A stretch of DNA of 64,000 nt. It comes from Gammaproteobacteria bacterium (GTDB lineage Bacteria; Pseudomonadota; Gammaproteobacteria; DSM-16500). A program made the position numbers and the translations under genes. The DNA is taken from contig JANRLY010000040.1 in assembly GCA_033762075.1 (NCBI GenBank), forward strand, positions 17,372-81,371. Direction: 5' to 3'. Below the pieces are notes generated by a model. It did not search any database, was not told the origin of the DNA, and was given only the letters and a program-made list of their open reading frames with translations. Of the stretch, positions 34,908 to 45,498 are shown piece by piece. The stretch's first letter is position 1, and every line of letters begins with the position of its first letter.

Positions 34908-37900
34908 TCATTTTCCTTTAAATTGAAATTTCTTCCAGTTGATGCGGGATTTAAGAGTAATGAGATGTCCTTTTAACCAGCGTAAAACGAGCCATAATTG
35001 CACTTTAATATGAGTGTTCCTATAATCACCATTCCCATTATGCCCGTTCCTAAAAAAATGAGCATACAGAACCGGCAACACCAATAAGGTAAGTGCTGTT
35101 GAAGAAATTAAGCCACCGACAACTACAGTGGCCAGAGGACGTTGTATTTCAGCGCCAATACCTCGTGCTAGTAACATAGGAATCAGCCCAAGTGCGGTAA
35201 TAAAAGCGGTCATTAAAACAGGGCGAAGTCTTGAAACTGCGCCAATAAAGACAGCTTCATCTATTTGCATGCCTTCTTGTTTGTTTTGATTAATGGCGTT
35301 AACTAATACAACACCATTTAAAACGGCAATACCAAAAAGTGCAATAAATCCAATTGAGCCAGGAACGGAAAGATACTGCCCAGAAATGAACAGCGCTATA
35401 ATGCCTCCTATTAGCGCAAGTGGTACATTGATCATGACTAGAAGGGCTTGGCTTGCAGAAGAAAAAGCAAAATATAAAAGTAAGAAGATAAGGGCAAGAG
35501 AAATAGGAACAACAATCATTAATCTAGCTTGGGCGCGCTGTTGATTTTTAAATTGTCCACCATAGGTCACGGAATAGCCAGTTGGCAATTTAATTTGCTT
35601 GTCAATTTTTTGCTGAATTTCTGATACAACACTACCCATATCACGGCCTTCAACGTTGGCTTGAATGACTACGCGTCGTTGTACAACATCACGACGAATT
35701 TGCGGAGGAGCTGATTCAAGTTTTACCGTCGCTATATCATTCAGGCGAACCCACGCACCTTTAGGAGAGAGTAGGATAAGATTGCCAATTGCTTCCATAC
35801 TATCCCGATAAGACTTGCCTAAACGAACATAAATATCATATCGCTCATTACCATTAATGACTTGGCCCGCCACTTTCCCACCAATGGCATCTGTAATTAA
35901 TGACATAACTTGGCCTATTGAAATGCCATAGCGCATTAGAGCCTCTCTGTTTGGCTTAATCACAAGCTGTGCTTCGCCTGTAATCTGCTCCATCGCAACA
36001 TCACGTGTCCCTTTGACAGCCTTGACTGTCTCTTCAATCTCTCGGCCTTTTTCAGCAAGAATAGATAAATCGGGGCCAAATAATTTTATTGCTAACTGGG
36101 CGCGAACACCGGAAAGCAATTCATCGACACGACTAGCGATCGGTTGAGAGAAAGCAAAAAGAAGTCCTGGATAAATTGACATTTTCTTTTCCATAAGAGC
36201 TTGCAATTCCGGACGATTATTTGCAGAAGTCCATTGCTTTATAGGCTTTAAACCAACGTAAAGCTCAATATTAGAAACAGGTTCAGGATCACCACCTAGC
36301 TCAGGTCTACCTATGCGGCTTGAAACATAAGAAACCTCAGGAAAAGTCATGACTTCTTGCTCTAATTTGTTAGCAACATTAAGAGCAGTTTCTAAACTAG
36401 CTGAAGGCGCGAGCGTAGCGCGAACGTTGATTGTTCCCTCTTCAAGTTCGGGAACAAATTCTGTTCCTAAAAATGGTAAAAGCAAAAGAGATATAAGAAA
36501 TAAACTAACTACACCAATAATAATAGGTTTGGGGCGCGCTAATGATTTTTTAAGTATTTCTTTGTAATGATGCATAATAGGTCGTAAGACAGGACTTTCA
36601 CGATGCCTAATCCCTGATTTAAAGAGATAGGTAGATAATGCAGGAACAACAATCATAGCAACCACAAGAGAAGCAAACATCGATAAAACAATACTGATTG
36701 CCATTGGATGGAATAACTTTCCTTCAACACCCTGCAGACTAAATAAAGGTGTAAACACCACCATAATAATTAGTACAGCATAAAAAACCGGTCTTGCTAC
36801 TTCACGGGCTGCCTCTTGAATACGAATAGGAATAGCATGATTGCTTTCAACAATGGCATCATCAAGATCTTCATCAAGGTTGTTTTGTTCTACATAAGAA
36901 TGATTAGAACCAGGTTGACTTAAATGTTTAAAAATATTTTCCATCATCACAACCGATCCATCTACCATCATTCCGATTGCAATAGCTAAACCACCAAGAG
37001 ACATTAGATTTGCAGAAAGTCCCCAATAGGCCATTGCCATTAGTGCAAGTCCTACTGAAATCGGAACAGATATAAGTACCAGTAAGGTAGCGCGCAAATT
37101 CATAAGAAAAAGAAGTAATACAACAAAAATTAAAACAAATGCTTCTATTAATGCTTTCACAACAGTATGAACAGCCTGTTGAATCAAATCAGCTTGGTCA
37201 TAGACTGGTTCCAGTTGTACACCTTGGGGTAATGCTTTCTGGATAAGAGGTAAGGCTTCTTTAATTCCATCAATCGTCGCTTTTGTATTTGCACCAATAC
37301 GTTTTAGTACAACGCCTGCTACCACTTCACCTAAAGAGTTTGGCTTCCCTTCAACATTGCGTTCAGTCATTGTGACTGCGCCTTGGCGGATTTCACTTCC
37401 ATAAGCTACCTGTGCCACATTACGAACCCGCACAACTATGCCATCTTTATCTTTTATAGAAATATTAGCGATATCTTTTAATCCATCGTCTCCACTGCGT
37501 ACCCACCCAAATCCACGAATAGTTAATTGTTCAGACCCGCGATCCAAATACCATCCACCGGCATTACGGTTATTCGCTTCAATAGCGTTAACTAAATCTT
37601 CAATATTGAGGCGATAAGCAAGCAATCTTGCAGGATCAACTTGTACCTGATATTGACGAACTCGCCCGCCATAAGAGAGAACATCAGTTACGCCATCAAC
37701 GGGTGCTAATAAAAGTTTAACAACCCAATCGTTTAATCCTCGTAAAGCCATTGCATCATATTTTTTAGGGTTGTCAGTACGTAAAATGTATTGAAATACT
37801 TGACCAAGTCCGGATGTATTTGGGCCCATTTCAGGCACACCAACGCCAGGTGGAATTTTTTCGCGTGCAGCTTGTAGACGTTCAAATACTTGTTGACGAG

Positions 37901-38216
37901 CAAAATAGATATCAACATTATCTTTGAAAACAACTGTAACGACAGACAAGCCAACTTTAGAAATAGAGCGGACTTCTTCAACGTCAGGTAATGAGTACAT
38001 AACAGCTTCAACAGGATAAGAAAGTAATTGTTCTACTTCTTCAGCAGCTAATCCTGGTGCCTCTGTATTAATAACTACTTGGACATTGGTTACATCAGGA
38101 AACGCATCTAGGTTAAGCTGCGGCAGCACCATCGCACCAGCAATCATTGTAGCTAATAATGCGAGTAAAACTAATAAGCGGTTATTGACAGCAAAATCAA
38201 TTAATTTATCTAACAT
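34908..38216 (-). CDS. czcA: Heavy-metal efflux RND pump, CzcA family
   Basis: The 1102-aa product has the N-terminus FAVNNRLLVLLA...LDAFPDVTNVQVVINTEAPGLAAEEVE, closely patterned on CzcA. It has about 50 extra C-terminal residues. Confidence 0.9.
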   Translation of the reverse strand: MLDKLIDFAVNNRLLVLLALLATMIAGAMVLPQLNLDAFPDVTNVQVVINTEAPGLAAEEVEQLLSYPVEAVMYSLPDVEEVRSISKVGLSVVTVVFKDNVDIYFARQQVFERLQAAREKIPPGVGVPEMGPNTSGLGQVFQYILRTDNPKKYDAMALRGLNDWVVKLLLAPVDGVTDVLSYGGRVRQYQVQVDPARLLAYRLNIEDLVNAIEANNRNAGGWYLDRGSEQLTIRGFGWVRSGDDGLKDIANISIKDKDGIVVRVRNVAQVAYGSEIRQGAVTMTERNVEGKPNSLGEVVAGVVLKRIGANTKATIDGIKEALPLIQKALPQGVQLEPVYDQADLIQQAVHTVVKALIEAFVLIFVVLLLFLMNLRATLLVLISVPISVGLALMAMAYWGLSANLMSLGGLAIAIGMMVDGSVVMMENIFKHLSQPGSNHSYVEQNNLDEDLDDAIVESNHAIPIRIQEAAREVARPVFYAVLIIMVVFTPLFSLQGVEGKLFHPMAISIVLSMFASLVVAMIVVPALSTYLFKSGIRHRESPVLRPIMHHYKEILKKSLARPKPIIIGVVSLFLISLLLLPFLGTEFVPELEEGTINVRATLAPSASLETALNVANKLEQEVMTFPEVSYVSSRIGRPELGGDPEPVSNIELYVGLKPIKQWTSANNRPELQALMEKKMSIYPGLLFAFSQPIASRVDELLSGVRAQLAIKLFGPDLSILAEKGREIEETVKAVKGTRDVAMEQITGEAQLVIKPNREALMRYGISIGQVMSLITDAIGGKVAGQVINGNERYDIYVRLGKSYRDSMEAIGNLILLSPKGAWVRLNDIATVKLESAPPQIRRDVVQRRVVIQANVEGRDMGSVVSEIQQKIDKQIKLPTGYSVTYGGQFKNQQRAQARLMIVVPISLALIFLLLYFAFSSASQALLVMINVPLALIGGIIALFISGQYLSVPGSIGFIALFGIAVLNGVVLVNAINQNKQEGMQIDEAVFIGAVSRLRPVLMTAFITALGLIPMLLARGIGAEIQRPLATVVVGGLISSTALTLLVLPVLYAHFFRNGHNGNGDYRNTHIKVQLWLVLRWLKGHLITLKSRINWKKFQFKGK

Positions 38217-38234
38217 AATTGTCCTTAACTCCTA

Positions 38235-39359
38235 TTAGTGTCCGTGAGAATCAAACCCTTGTTTATTTAATTCCGCATGGACAAAGAAAGCACCTTTTGT
38301 AACCACTCGTGTTCCTGGCGCAAGACCTTCTATAATGACTTGGTTATCAATTACTTCTCCCATTTTCACTTCAACTTGCTGAAATTTTCCGGGTTGTTTT
38401 TCGATATAAACTGCCCAATCGCCATCAGCAGTCCGTAGAACTGCATCTACGGGGAGTGCCAATATTGGTTTTGTTTGTCCTGATTCAATTTGGCAATTAA
38501 CATATTGTCCAGGGTGTAGAAGGTCATCTAAATTTGGAACTTCCAAACGTATTGAGCGTGTGCGCGTTGCTTCATCCAATTGATGGTGCACTTGAATAAC
38601 ACTTCCGGTAAGAGTACGCCCATTTACTATCATACGTGCAGCATCACCAACCTTGATCGGACGTACAAGGTCGGATGGTAACTTTGCATCTACCCACACA
38701 GTTGATTCTTCAACAACTTGTAGAAGTACACGTCCCGTCTCAACCAACTCACCCTCTGTAAAATTAATATTAAAAATGGTGCCATCACGAGGAGCAAGTA
38801 ATTTAAATGTACCTTTGGCATTTGATGGTTTCTGAGTAGTTACTATTGAATTAATTTCTGCTTCTGTCATTCCGTAAGCTAAGGCGGTGGAGTATGCATG
38901 TTGGTAGGCAACTTGAGCTTCTGAATAGCGTTTTGCTGATATAGCATCTTTACCTAAGCTTTTAACACGCTCCCATTCTTGTCCTGCTAGTAGCAAATCG
39001 CCTTGGGTTTTAGCCATATCAACACTTGATAAATCAACCAATGGTTGGCCCGTTTTTACATGTTGTCCTTCTTGTACGTACCGTTGTATGACTTGAGCAG
39101 GAACACGTGTTGTTACTTTTGTTGTAAGATTGGCGTTTGGGATAACTTCACCAGGCGCAGGAATTAAATAGGCCAATACACGCGGTTGCAAAATTGTAAC
39201 TTGGATATCAGCTATTTTGAGTGCAGCGGGATCAAGTACAATAACGTTTTTTTCTGTGGAGGAGGTTTCTTTGCTAGTACTAGCATAGCTGTTAGAAATA
39301 GAAAACGTTAATCCTGTCACAATAATCATTAGAAGATATTTGCCTTTTATTTTTCCCAT
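38235..39359 (-). CDS. czcB: RND periplasmic adaptor (CzcB-like)
   Basis: It has membrane-fusion-protein architecture, lies between czcC and czcA, and has a signal or TM start MGKIKGKYLLMIIV. The ORF track offers an alternative start at 39446. Confidence 0.8.
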   Translation of the reverse strand: MGKIKGKYLLMIIVTGLTFSISNSYASTSKETSSTEKNVIVLDPAALKIADIQVTILQPRVLAYLIPAPGEVIPNANLTTKVTTRVPAQVIQRYVQEGQHVKTGQPLVDLSSVDMAKTQGDLLLAGQEWERVKSLGKDAISAKRYSEAQVAYQHAYSTALAYGMTEAEINSIVTTQKPSNAKGTFKLLAPRDGTIFNINFTEGELVETGRVLLQVVEESTVWVDAKLPSDLVRPIKVGDAARMIVNGRTLTGSVIQVHHQLDEATRTRSIRLEVPNLDDLLHPGQYVNCQIESGQTKPILALPVDAVLRTADGDWAVYIEKQPGKFQQVEVKMGEVIDNQVIIEGLAPGTRVVTKGAFFVHAELNKQGFDSHGH

Positions 39360-40600
39360 GATTGTTCTCCTGATGATAATGGTTTTAATTGCAGCCAACT
39401 GTCCACTTGGCCTGATGCTCTTAGCCATTCTGCCCAAGCTTGCCATGCACGGCCTTTTAATTCGACGCCCGCAATTTGACTATCGATACGTTGTTTTAAC
39501 TGGACTATATAGTCGGTTGAGTTTATCTCTCCTGCTTGCCACAAACGCTCAATTAATGTCATGCCATCGCCTAATGGTTTCCCAGCAGCTTGTTGCCACT
39601 GCTGTGTAGCACGGTAAAGTGTTTGGTACCGTTCGGCGCTGCTTCTAATTTCAGCTCTAGCTTGGCGTACAATATCAGCGCGTTTTCCGTCTGCTTCCAT
39701 GGCGTCGTAGTTAGCGGCGTCTACTTCTGCTCTATAGGGATTACGCACAAATAATGGAATACTGAGTGTGACACCTACTAATCGTTTCTTCTCGCCTTCA
39801 CTTGACGATTGCCCACCTTGAATTCCAATAGTTGGGTCAGGGTAACGTTCACGTTCTGCTGCCCTTATGCGTGCTCGTGCAGTTTGGTATTGTTGATTGA
39901 GTACTAAAACAGCAGGTAATTTACTCATCAAACTATCAACATCGATATCGTGTGCTGCTAATAAAGGTAAAGGAGAAGCTAAACGTGGCCAGTTCATCTG
40001 AGTAAAGCCAGTTGTTGCCCTGAGTGTCTGTAATGCTTGGTTTACACTGACCTCAGTATCAGCTTGTTGAGCTAGTGCTTCGGAAAGTGCTAATTGCGCC
40101 AAGTCCAAATCAACTCGCGCAATATCGCCACTTTTGTATCGCTTTTTTGTAAGATCGACAAATTTCTGTAATAAAGAAGTACGTTCTTTTGCTAGGGTAG
40201 CAGCCTGTTGCTCTGCTTGATATTTTGCTAAGGCACCCAAAACTTGTACGGCAAGTTGTTGCCTTAAATCGGCCAATTGTGCTTTTGCTACGCGTGCATT
40301 TGCCATGCCTACTTGTTCACGAGCGCCACGCTTGTTAGCCCAATCAATCGTTTGATCAATTTCAACATATGATTGGTTTTCTAGTGCATTTTGTTGTTGT
40401 GCACTCAATGAAGGATTATAGATAGGATAACCTGATGCACGCTCACGTGCTTTAGCAGCAGCCACATTTGATTCGGCAGCTTGGATAGCCGGATTGTTCT
40501 CTATTACTTGTTGGAGAAACAAGCTAAGCGATGAGTCTGCATAAGCAGGCAAGGCTAAGCAACAAATAAATAATGTAGCTATTTGAATGATACGTTTCAT
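39347..40600 (-). CDS. czcC: TolC-family outer-membrane factor (CzcC-like)
   Basis: The 417-aa product has a signal peptide and the two-repeat coiled pattern typical of OMF proteins. It is the first gene of the czcCBA unit. Confidence 0.8.
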   Translation of the reverse strand: MKRIIQIATLFICCLALPAYADSSLSLFLQQVIENNPAIQAAESNVAAAKARERASGYPIYNPSLSAQQQNALENQSYVEIDQTIDWANKRGAREQVGMANARVAKAQLADLRQQLAVQVLGALAKYQAEQQAATLAKERTSLLQKFVDLTKKRYKSGDIARVDLDLAQLALSEALAQQADTEVSVNQALQTLRATTGFTQMNWPRLASPLPLLAAHDIDVDSLMSKLPAVLVLNQQYQTARARIRAAERERYPDPTIGIQGGQSSSEGEKKRLVGVTLSIPLFVRNPYRAEVDAANYDAMEADGKRADIVRQARAEIRSSAERYQTLYRATQQWQQAAGKPLGDGMTLIERLWQAGEINSTDYIVQLKQRIDSQIAGVELKGRAWQAWAEWLRASGQVDSWLQLKPLSSGEQSWEK

Positions 40601-40629
40601 TTTTTCAATATATCCTTATCTGCATCCAT

Positions 40630-43600
40630 TTAATTAGGAAGCTTATATTGCTTCCATAGCAAGTAAACCGCAGGAATAACAATTAATGTTAAAAGCGTTG
40701 CACTTATCATTCCACCAACCATAGGGGCTGCAATACGGCGCATTACTTCAGAACCTGTCCCACCTAAAAACATTATTGGTAATAAGCCACCAATAATAGC
40801 TGAGACTGTCATCATAATAGGTCGTACCCGCAACAAAGCTCCATTGACAATGGCTTCACGAATATCTTTTTTCGTCAAAGAGCGTTTTTCTTGTGTCGCA
40901 ATTTGTTGCTGTTTTTCCATTGCATGATTGAGATACACTAACATCACTACACCTATCTCAACGGCTACACCTGCGAGGGCTATGAAGCCGACCCCTACCG
41001 CAACAGATAAATGATACCCTAGCAAATATAAAAGCCAGATACCACCCACTAGAGCAAACGGCAGGGTAGTAAGAATAATAATAACTTCGGAAAATCGTCG
41101 AAAATTTAAGAATAATAACAAAACGATAATGGCGAGTGTGAATGGTGCAACTACGCCTAATCGTTCTTTTGCACGCTCCAGGTATTCATATTGCCCTGAC
41201 CATGCAATGGAATAACCCGCTGGTAATTTGATTTGCTGATTAACAGTCTGTTGTGCTTCTTTGACATAAGAACCCAAGTCACGGCCAGTAATGTCGACAT
41301 AAACCCAACCATTTAGTCGCGCATTTTCGCTGCGAATCATGTCTGGCCCTTCAGTAATTTCTACACTAGCAATTTCACTAAGTGGGATAACAGCACCGGA
41401 CATGGTAACAATTGGTAGCAGGCGTAATTTTTCTAATGAGTCTCTAATTTCACGAGGGTAACGTAAATTTACCGGATAACGTTCACGTCCTTCTACGGTT
41501 TGGGTGACGTTCATACCACCGACTGCTGTTTCAATAATTTCTTGAATGTCTTCAATATTCAATCCATATCGTGCTGCTTTTAAGCGATTAATATCAACGG
41601 TGACATATCGGCTACTAGCAACACGTTCAGCAAATACTGAAGTTGTGCCTGGAACTTGCTTTAATACCGTTTCAATTTGTTGGCCAAGGGATTGAAGTAC
41701 ATTTAAATCGGTGCCAGCAATTTTTATACCAACAGGTGTTTTAATTCCAGTCGCTAACATATCTATTCGAGTGCGAATAGGCATGACCCATGCATTAGAT
41801 AATCCAGGTAGTTTGACGAGAGATTCTAGTTCAGCGCGAAGTTTTGTCATATTCATGCCAGAACGCCATTTGCTCTTTGGTTTAAATTGAATAGTGGTTT
41901 CAACCATTGAAAGCGGTGCAGGGTCAGTCGCACTTTCTGCTCGTCCAATTTTCCCAAATACACTTTTTACTTCAGGAACTGTACTAATTAGTTTATCGGT
42001 TTGTTGCAAAACTTGCTGGGCTTTACCAATTGAAATGCCTGGAAAAGTGGTAGGCATATATAGTAAATCGCCTTCATCTAATTCTGGCATAAACTCACCG
42101 CCTAATCGTGAGATAGGCCAGAAACCAATAAGCACAACGATCAAAGTGATGATCAGTACCTTTCCTGGTGTTTTTAAGATGGCATTAATGGCTGGCTTAT
42201 AAGTTTTTAATAATAATCGGTTCAAAGGGTTTTCTTGTTCCGGTCTAATTTTTCCTCGAATAAGATAACCCATCAAAACAGGAACTAGAGTGATGGAAAG
42301 AATTGCCGCTGCCGCCATTGCATACGTTTTAGTGTAGGCCAAAGGTGAAAACAGACGACCTTCTTGTGCTTGTAAAGAGAAAATAGGTAAAAAACTAAAT
42401 GTAATTATTAGCAGTGAAAAAAATAAAGGTGGCCCGACTTCCAGTGAAGCTTGTTTTATGATCTCCCAATGATCTTGACCCTCATGATTTTGTTCTAAAT
42501 GTTTATGCACGTTCTCGATCATGACGATTGCAGCATCCACCATCGCACCAATCGCAATTGCAATGCCACCCAGTGACATGATATTGGCATTAATTCCTTG
42601 GAGGTGCATGACTATCAAGGCCATCAAAATACCAATGGGTAAACTAATAATAATGACGAGCGAAGAGCGGAGATGGAAAAGAAATGCAATACAAATTAAT
42701 GAAACCAGTATGAATTCTTCCACTAATTTATCTTTCAATGTATCGATCGCACTTTTTATCAAAGTAGAGCGATCATAAGTTGTAATGATCTCTACACCTT
42801 TAGGTAAGCTAGGCTGTAATTGTTTTAATTTTTCTTTTACCGCAGCAATAGTTTGCATGGCGTTTTGGCCATATCGCATCACAATAATGCCACCAACTAC
42901 TTCGCCCTGACCATTTAATTCAGTTATGCCTCGACGCATTTGTGGGCCTAACTGCACATCAGAGACATCTTTTAGTAAAATAGGAATGCCATTTTTTCCT
43001 AATCCAATGGGTATTTGTTCGATATCTTGAATCGATTTTATGTAGCCTTTAGCGCGTACCATGTATTCTGCTTCACCCATTTCAATAGCAGAACCACCCG
43101 CTTCACGATTTCCTCTTTGAATTGCCAATTTCACTTGATCTAATGTTAATCCATAAGCGCGTAATCTGTTTGGGTCTAAGGTGATTTGGTATTGCTTAAC
43201 CATCCCACCTGCTGTTGCGACTTCAGCCACGCCTGGTACTTTTTGTAATTCATATTTGAGAAACCAATTCTGTAAACTAGTAAGCTGTGCAAGATCATGT
43301 TGTCCTGTTTTATCTATCAAGGCATATTCATAAACCCAACCTACGCCGGTTGCATCTGGGCCTAACGCTGTTTGTGCACCAGGTGGTAATCGATTTGCAA
43401 TTTGACTTAAGTATTCTAATACACGTGAGCGTGCCCAATAGAGGTCAGTTCCATCTTTAAAAATAATGTAGACATAGGACACACCAAAACCTGATTCTCC
43501 ACGCACAGTCACTGCACCAGGCACAGCTAACATCGCTGTGGTAAGTGGATAAGTCACTTGATCTTCGACTACTTGAGGTGCTTGACCAGGATAATCCGTT

Positions 43601-43749
43601 TTAATAATCACTTGTACATCAGATAAATCAGGAATAGCATCAACTGCAGTATTTTTTATCGTGTAAAAACTCCATAAAACAAGCAATACAGTTGCCAGAA
43701 GAATCAGAAATCGATTCTGTATCGACCAACGAATAATGCTTGTAACCAT
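40630..43749 (-). CDS. cusA: Cu(I)/Ag(I) efflux RND pump CusA
   Basis: The N-terminus IIRWSIQNRFLILLA...VDAIPDLSDVQVIIKTDYPGQAPQVVEDQVTYPLTTAML...YWARSRVLEYL is nearly collinear with E. coli CusA as I recall it. Confidence 0.9.
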   Translation of the reverse strand: MVTSIIRWSIQNRFLILLATVLLVLWSFYTIKNTAVDAIPDLSDVQVIIKTDYPGQAPQVVEDQVTYPLTTAMLAVPGAVTVRGESGFGVSYVYIIFKDGTDLYWARSRVLEYLSQIANRLPPGAQTALGPDATGVGWVYEYALIDKTGQHDLAQLTSLQNWFLKYELQKVPGVAEVATAGGMVKQYQITLDPNRLRAYGLTLDQVKLAIQRGNREAGGSAIEMGEAEYMVRAKGYIKSIQDIEQIPIGLGKNGIPILLKDVSDVQLGPQMRRGITELNGQGEVVGGIIVMRYGQNAMQTIAAVKEKLKQLQPSLPKGVEIITTYDRSTLIKSAIDTLKDKLVEEFILVSLICIAFLFHLRSSLVIIISLPIGILMALIVMHLQGINANIMSLGGIAIAIGAMVDAAIVMIENVHKHLEQNHEGQDHWEIIKQASLEVGPPLFFSLLIITFSFLPIFSLQAQEGRLFSPLAYTKTYAMAAAAILSITLVPVLMGYLIRGKIRPEQENPLNRLLLKTYKPAINAILKTPGKVLIITLIVVLIGFWPISRLGGEFMPELDEGDLLYMPTTFPGISIGKAQQVLQQTDKLISTVPEVKSVFGKIGRAESATDPAPLSMVETTIQFKPKSKWRSGMNMTKLRAELESLVKLPGLSNAWVMPIRTRIDMLATGIKTPVGIKIAGTDLNVLQSLGQQIETVLKQVPGTTSVFAERVASSRYVTVDINRLKAARYGLNIEDIQEIIETAVGGMNVTQTVEGRERYPVNLRYPREIRDSLEKLRLLPIVTMSGAVIPLSEIASVEITEGPDMIRSENARLNGWVYVDITGRDLGSYVKEAQQTVNQQIKLPAGYSIAWSGQYEYLERAKERLGVVAPFTLAIIVLLLFLNFRRFSEVIIILTTLPFALVGGIWLLYLLGYHLSVAVGVGFIALAGVAVEIGVVMLVYLNHAMEKQQQIATQEKRSLTKKDIREAIVNGALLRVRPIMMTVSAIIGGLLPIMFLGGTGSEVMRRIAAPMVGGMISATLLTLIVIPAVYLLWKQYKLPN

Positions 43750-43763
43750 GGTTTTCCCTCTGT

Positions 43764-45227
43764 TTAAGGAGCTAATTTTTTCATATCTGTAATAACATAT
43801 TTATTGTCTTTGGCTTTCTTAAGCGTAAATTTAACGTGATCACCTATTTTAAATTGGTTTAGATTGACTTCTTTTTCAACCGAGAAATCCATTGTCATTT
43901 CCGGCCAACTCAATACAGGAATGGGTTCATGCTGTAATGTTAAGGAGTCTTGAGAAACATTCAGAGCTGTAATGATTCCCTTTCCTTCTATAACGATGTT
44001 TGACCATGCAACCGTAGAAGTTTCGGAATTTTTAGGTTGAGAAGGTGTTTCTACTCTCTCTAATCCAGCTTTTAAATTGGCTTCCGAGTCAATGAGGAAT
44101 TGCCCAGAGGCAACAACACGTTCACCGGCCTGTAATCCAGAAAGAATTTCCACTTGATCACCCGATTCCATGCCGGTGGTGACAGGGCGTACCTGAAAAC
44201 GATTGCCTAATGAAACAATGACACGATCTCCCTGTGAGCTTCGGATGAGCGCTTCAAGAGGAATACTTAGTACATTTGATTTTGCTTCCGCAAACAAGGA
44301 AATATTTGCATACATATTAGGTTTTAAAATGTTATCAGGATTGTTGAACCGAATTCTTACTTTTAGAGTGCGGGTGGTAGGATCAACTTGCGGATATATA
44401 TATTCTACTTCACCTTTCCATATTTTATCTGGAAATGCAGATAATTTTGCTTCTGCAAGCTCGCCAATCTTCACCCAGTTAGCTTGGTCTTCAAAAACTT
44501 GAACGATCATCCAAATGCTGGATAAATCAACTAAGCTTATCATTTCTAGTTCAGGCGTAATTTTCATGCCTTCTCGTACATTTAATGCGGTTACTACACC
44601 GTCTTGCGGTGATTCAATATCAATTAGCTGACTTGATTTTTTTGTATTTTTTAATTGCTGGATTTGTTTTTCAGAAATATGAAGAGCTTGTAGTTTTTTA
44701 ATAGATGCATTAGCTAAATCTTGATCTCTGCTACCTAATGCAATCAAGTATTCTTCTTGAGCGTTAATCAATATTGGCGAATATAATTGTAGCAGTACTT
44801 GGCCTGCTTTGACAGGTGCACCTACAGTATTTACAAAAAGTTTTTTTACCCACCCATCCGCATAAGAATGGATATGGCTAATTTTATTTTCATTGGGTTC
44901 AACGTAACCAACAGCCTCAATGCGTCTTGCAAGTGTTCCTTGCATAACGGGTGCAGTGCGAACGCCAAGGTTATTGATGACGGTCGGTGAAATACGAACA
45001 CCTGATTGATCGCCTTCTTGTCCTTCAGGGTAAACAGGAACAAGTTCCATACCCATGCGCGATTTTCCAGGCCCAGAATAATGAACCGTTGGCTCCATAG
45101 TGTCGACCCAATATAAGGGTTTTTTTTCATCAGATGTTGAATGCCCAGAATATCGCCCAATTACAATACCCATAATGAGGACGAGCACAAGCACACCGAT
45201 AATGACAAGTATTGGGCCTTTTTTCAT
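43764..45227 (-). CDS. cusB: CusB-like periplasmic adaptor with an N-terminal heavy-metal-binding motif and a fused C-terminal CusF-like domain
   Basis: The N-terminal motif is KKPLYWVDTMEPTVHYSGPGKSRMGMELVPVY and the core is a membrane-fusion protein. The last ~80 aa (LTLQHEPIPVLSWPEMTMDFSV...GDHVKFTL) match the CusF metal-site motif H..I....WPEMTM. Confidence 0.8.
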   Translation of the reverse strand: MKKGPILVIIGVLVLVLIMGIVIGRYSGHSTSDEKKPLYWVDTMEPTVHYSGPGKSRMGMELVPVYPEGQEGDQSGVRISPTVINNLGVRTAPVMQGTLARRIEAVGYVEPNENKISHIHSYADGWVKKLFVNTVGAPVKAGQVLLQLYSPILINAQEEYLIALGSRDQDLANASIKKLQALHISEKQIQQLKNTKKSSQLIDIESPQDGVVTALNVREGMKITPELEMISLVDLSSIWMIVQVFEDQANWVKIGELAEAKLSAFPDKIWKGEVEYIYPQVDPTTRTLKVRIRFNNPDNILKPNMYANISLFAEAKSNVLSIPLEALIRSSQGDRVIVSLGNRFQVRPVTTGMESGDQVEILSGLQAGERVVASGQFLIDSEANLKAGLERVETPSQPKNSETSTVAWSNIVIEGKGIITALNVSQDSLTLQHEPIPVLSWPEMTMDFSVEKEVNLNQFKIGDHVKFTLKKAKDNKYVITDMKKLAP

Positions 45228-45231
45228 TTAC

Positions 45232-45498
45232 CTACTCCTTAGCGGGCGGTACTTTACCGTCTTTGTTATCAGTTTTTTTCTGTGGCTCAGAATAAACAGG
45301 GACTAAGTCCATGCCCATGCGTGATTTTCCAGGTGCTGAGTAATGAACATCAGGTTCCATTGTATCCACCCAATACAAAGGTTTCTTTTCCGTGCTCGTA
45401 GTTTGTTGATTGGTCGTTGAAGTATTTCCTTTCGAATATCCAATCAACGGAGTAGCAAGTACAGTTAATAATAAGATAACTAATAATTTCTTCTTCAT
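45232..45498 (-). CDS. Small secreted protein consisting of a stand-alone copy of the CusB N-terminal metal-binding motif
   Basis: The 88-aa product has a signal peptide. Its segment EKKPLYWVDTMEPDVHYSAPGKSRMGMDLVPVY is 29/33 identical to CusB residues 34-66. It occupies the cusF position between cusC and cusB. Confidence 0.65.
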   Translation of the reverse strand: MKKKLLVILLLTVLATPLIGYSKGNTSTTNQQTTSTEKKPLYWVDTMEPDVHYSAPGKSRMGMDLVPVYSEPQKKTDNKDGKVPPAKE

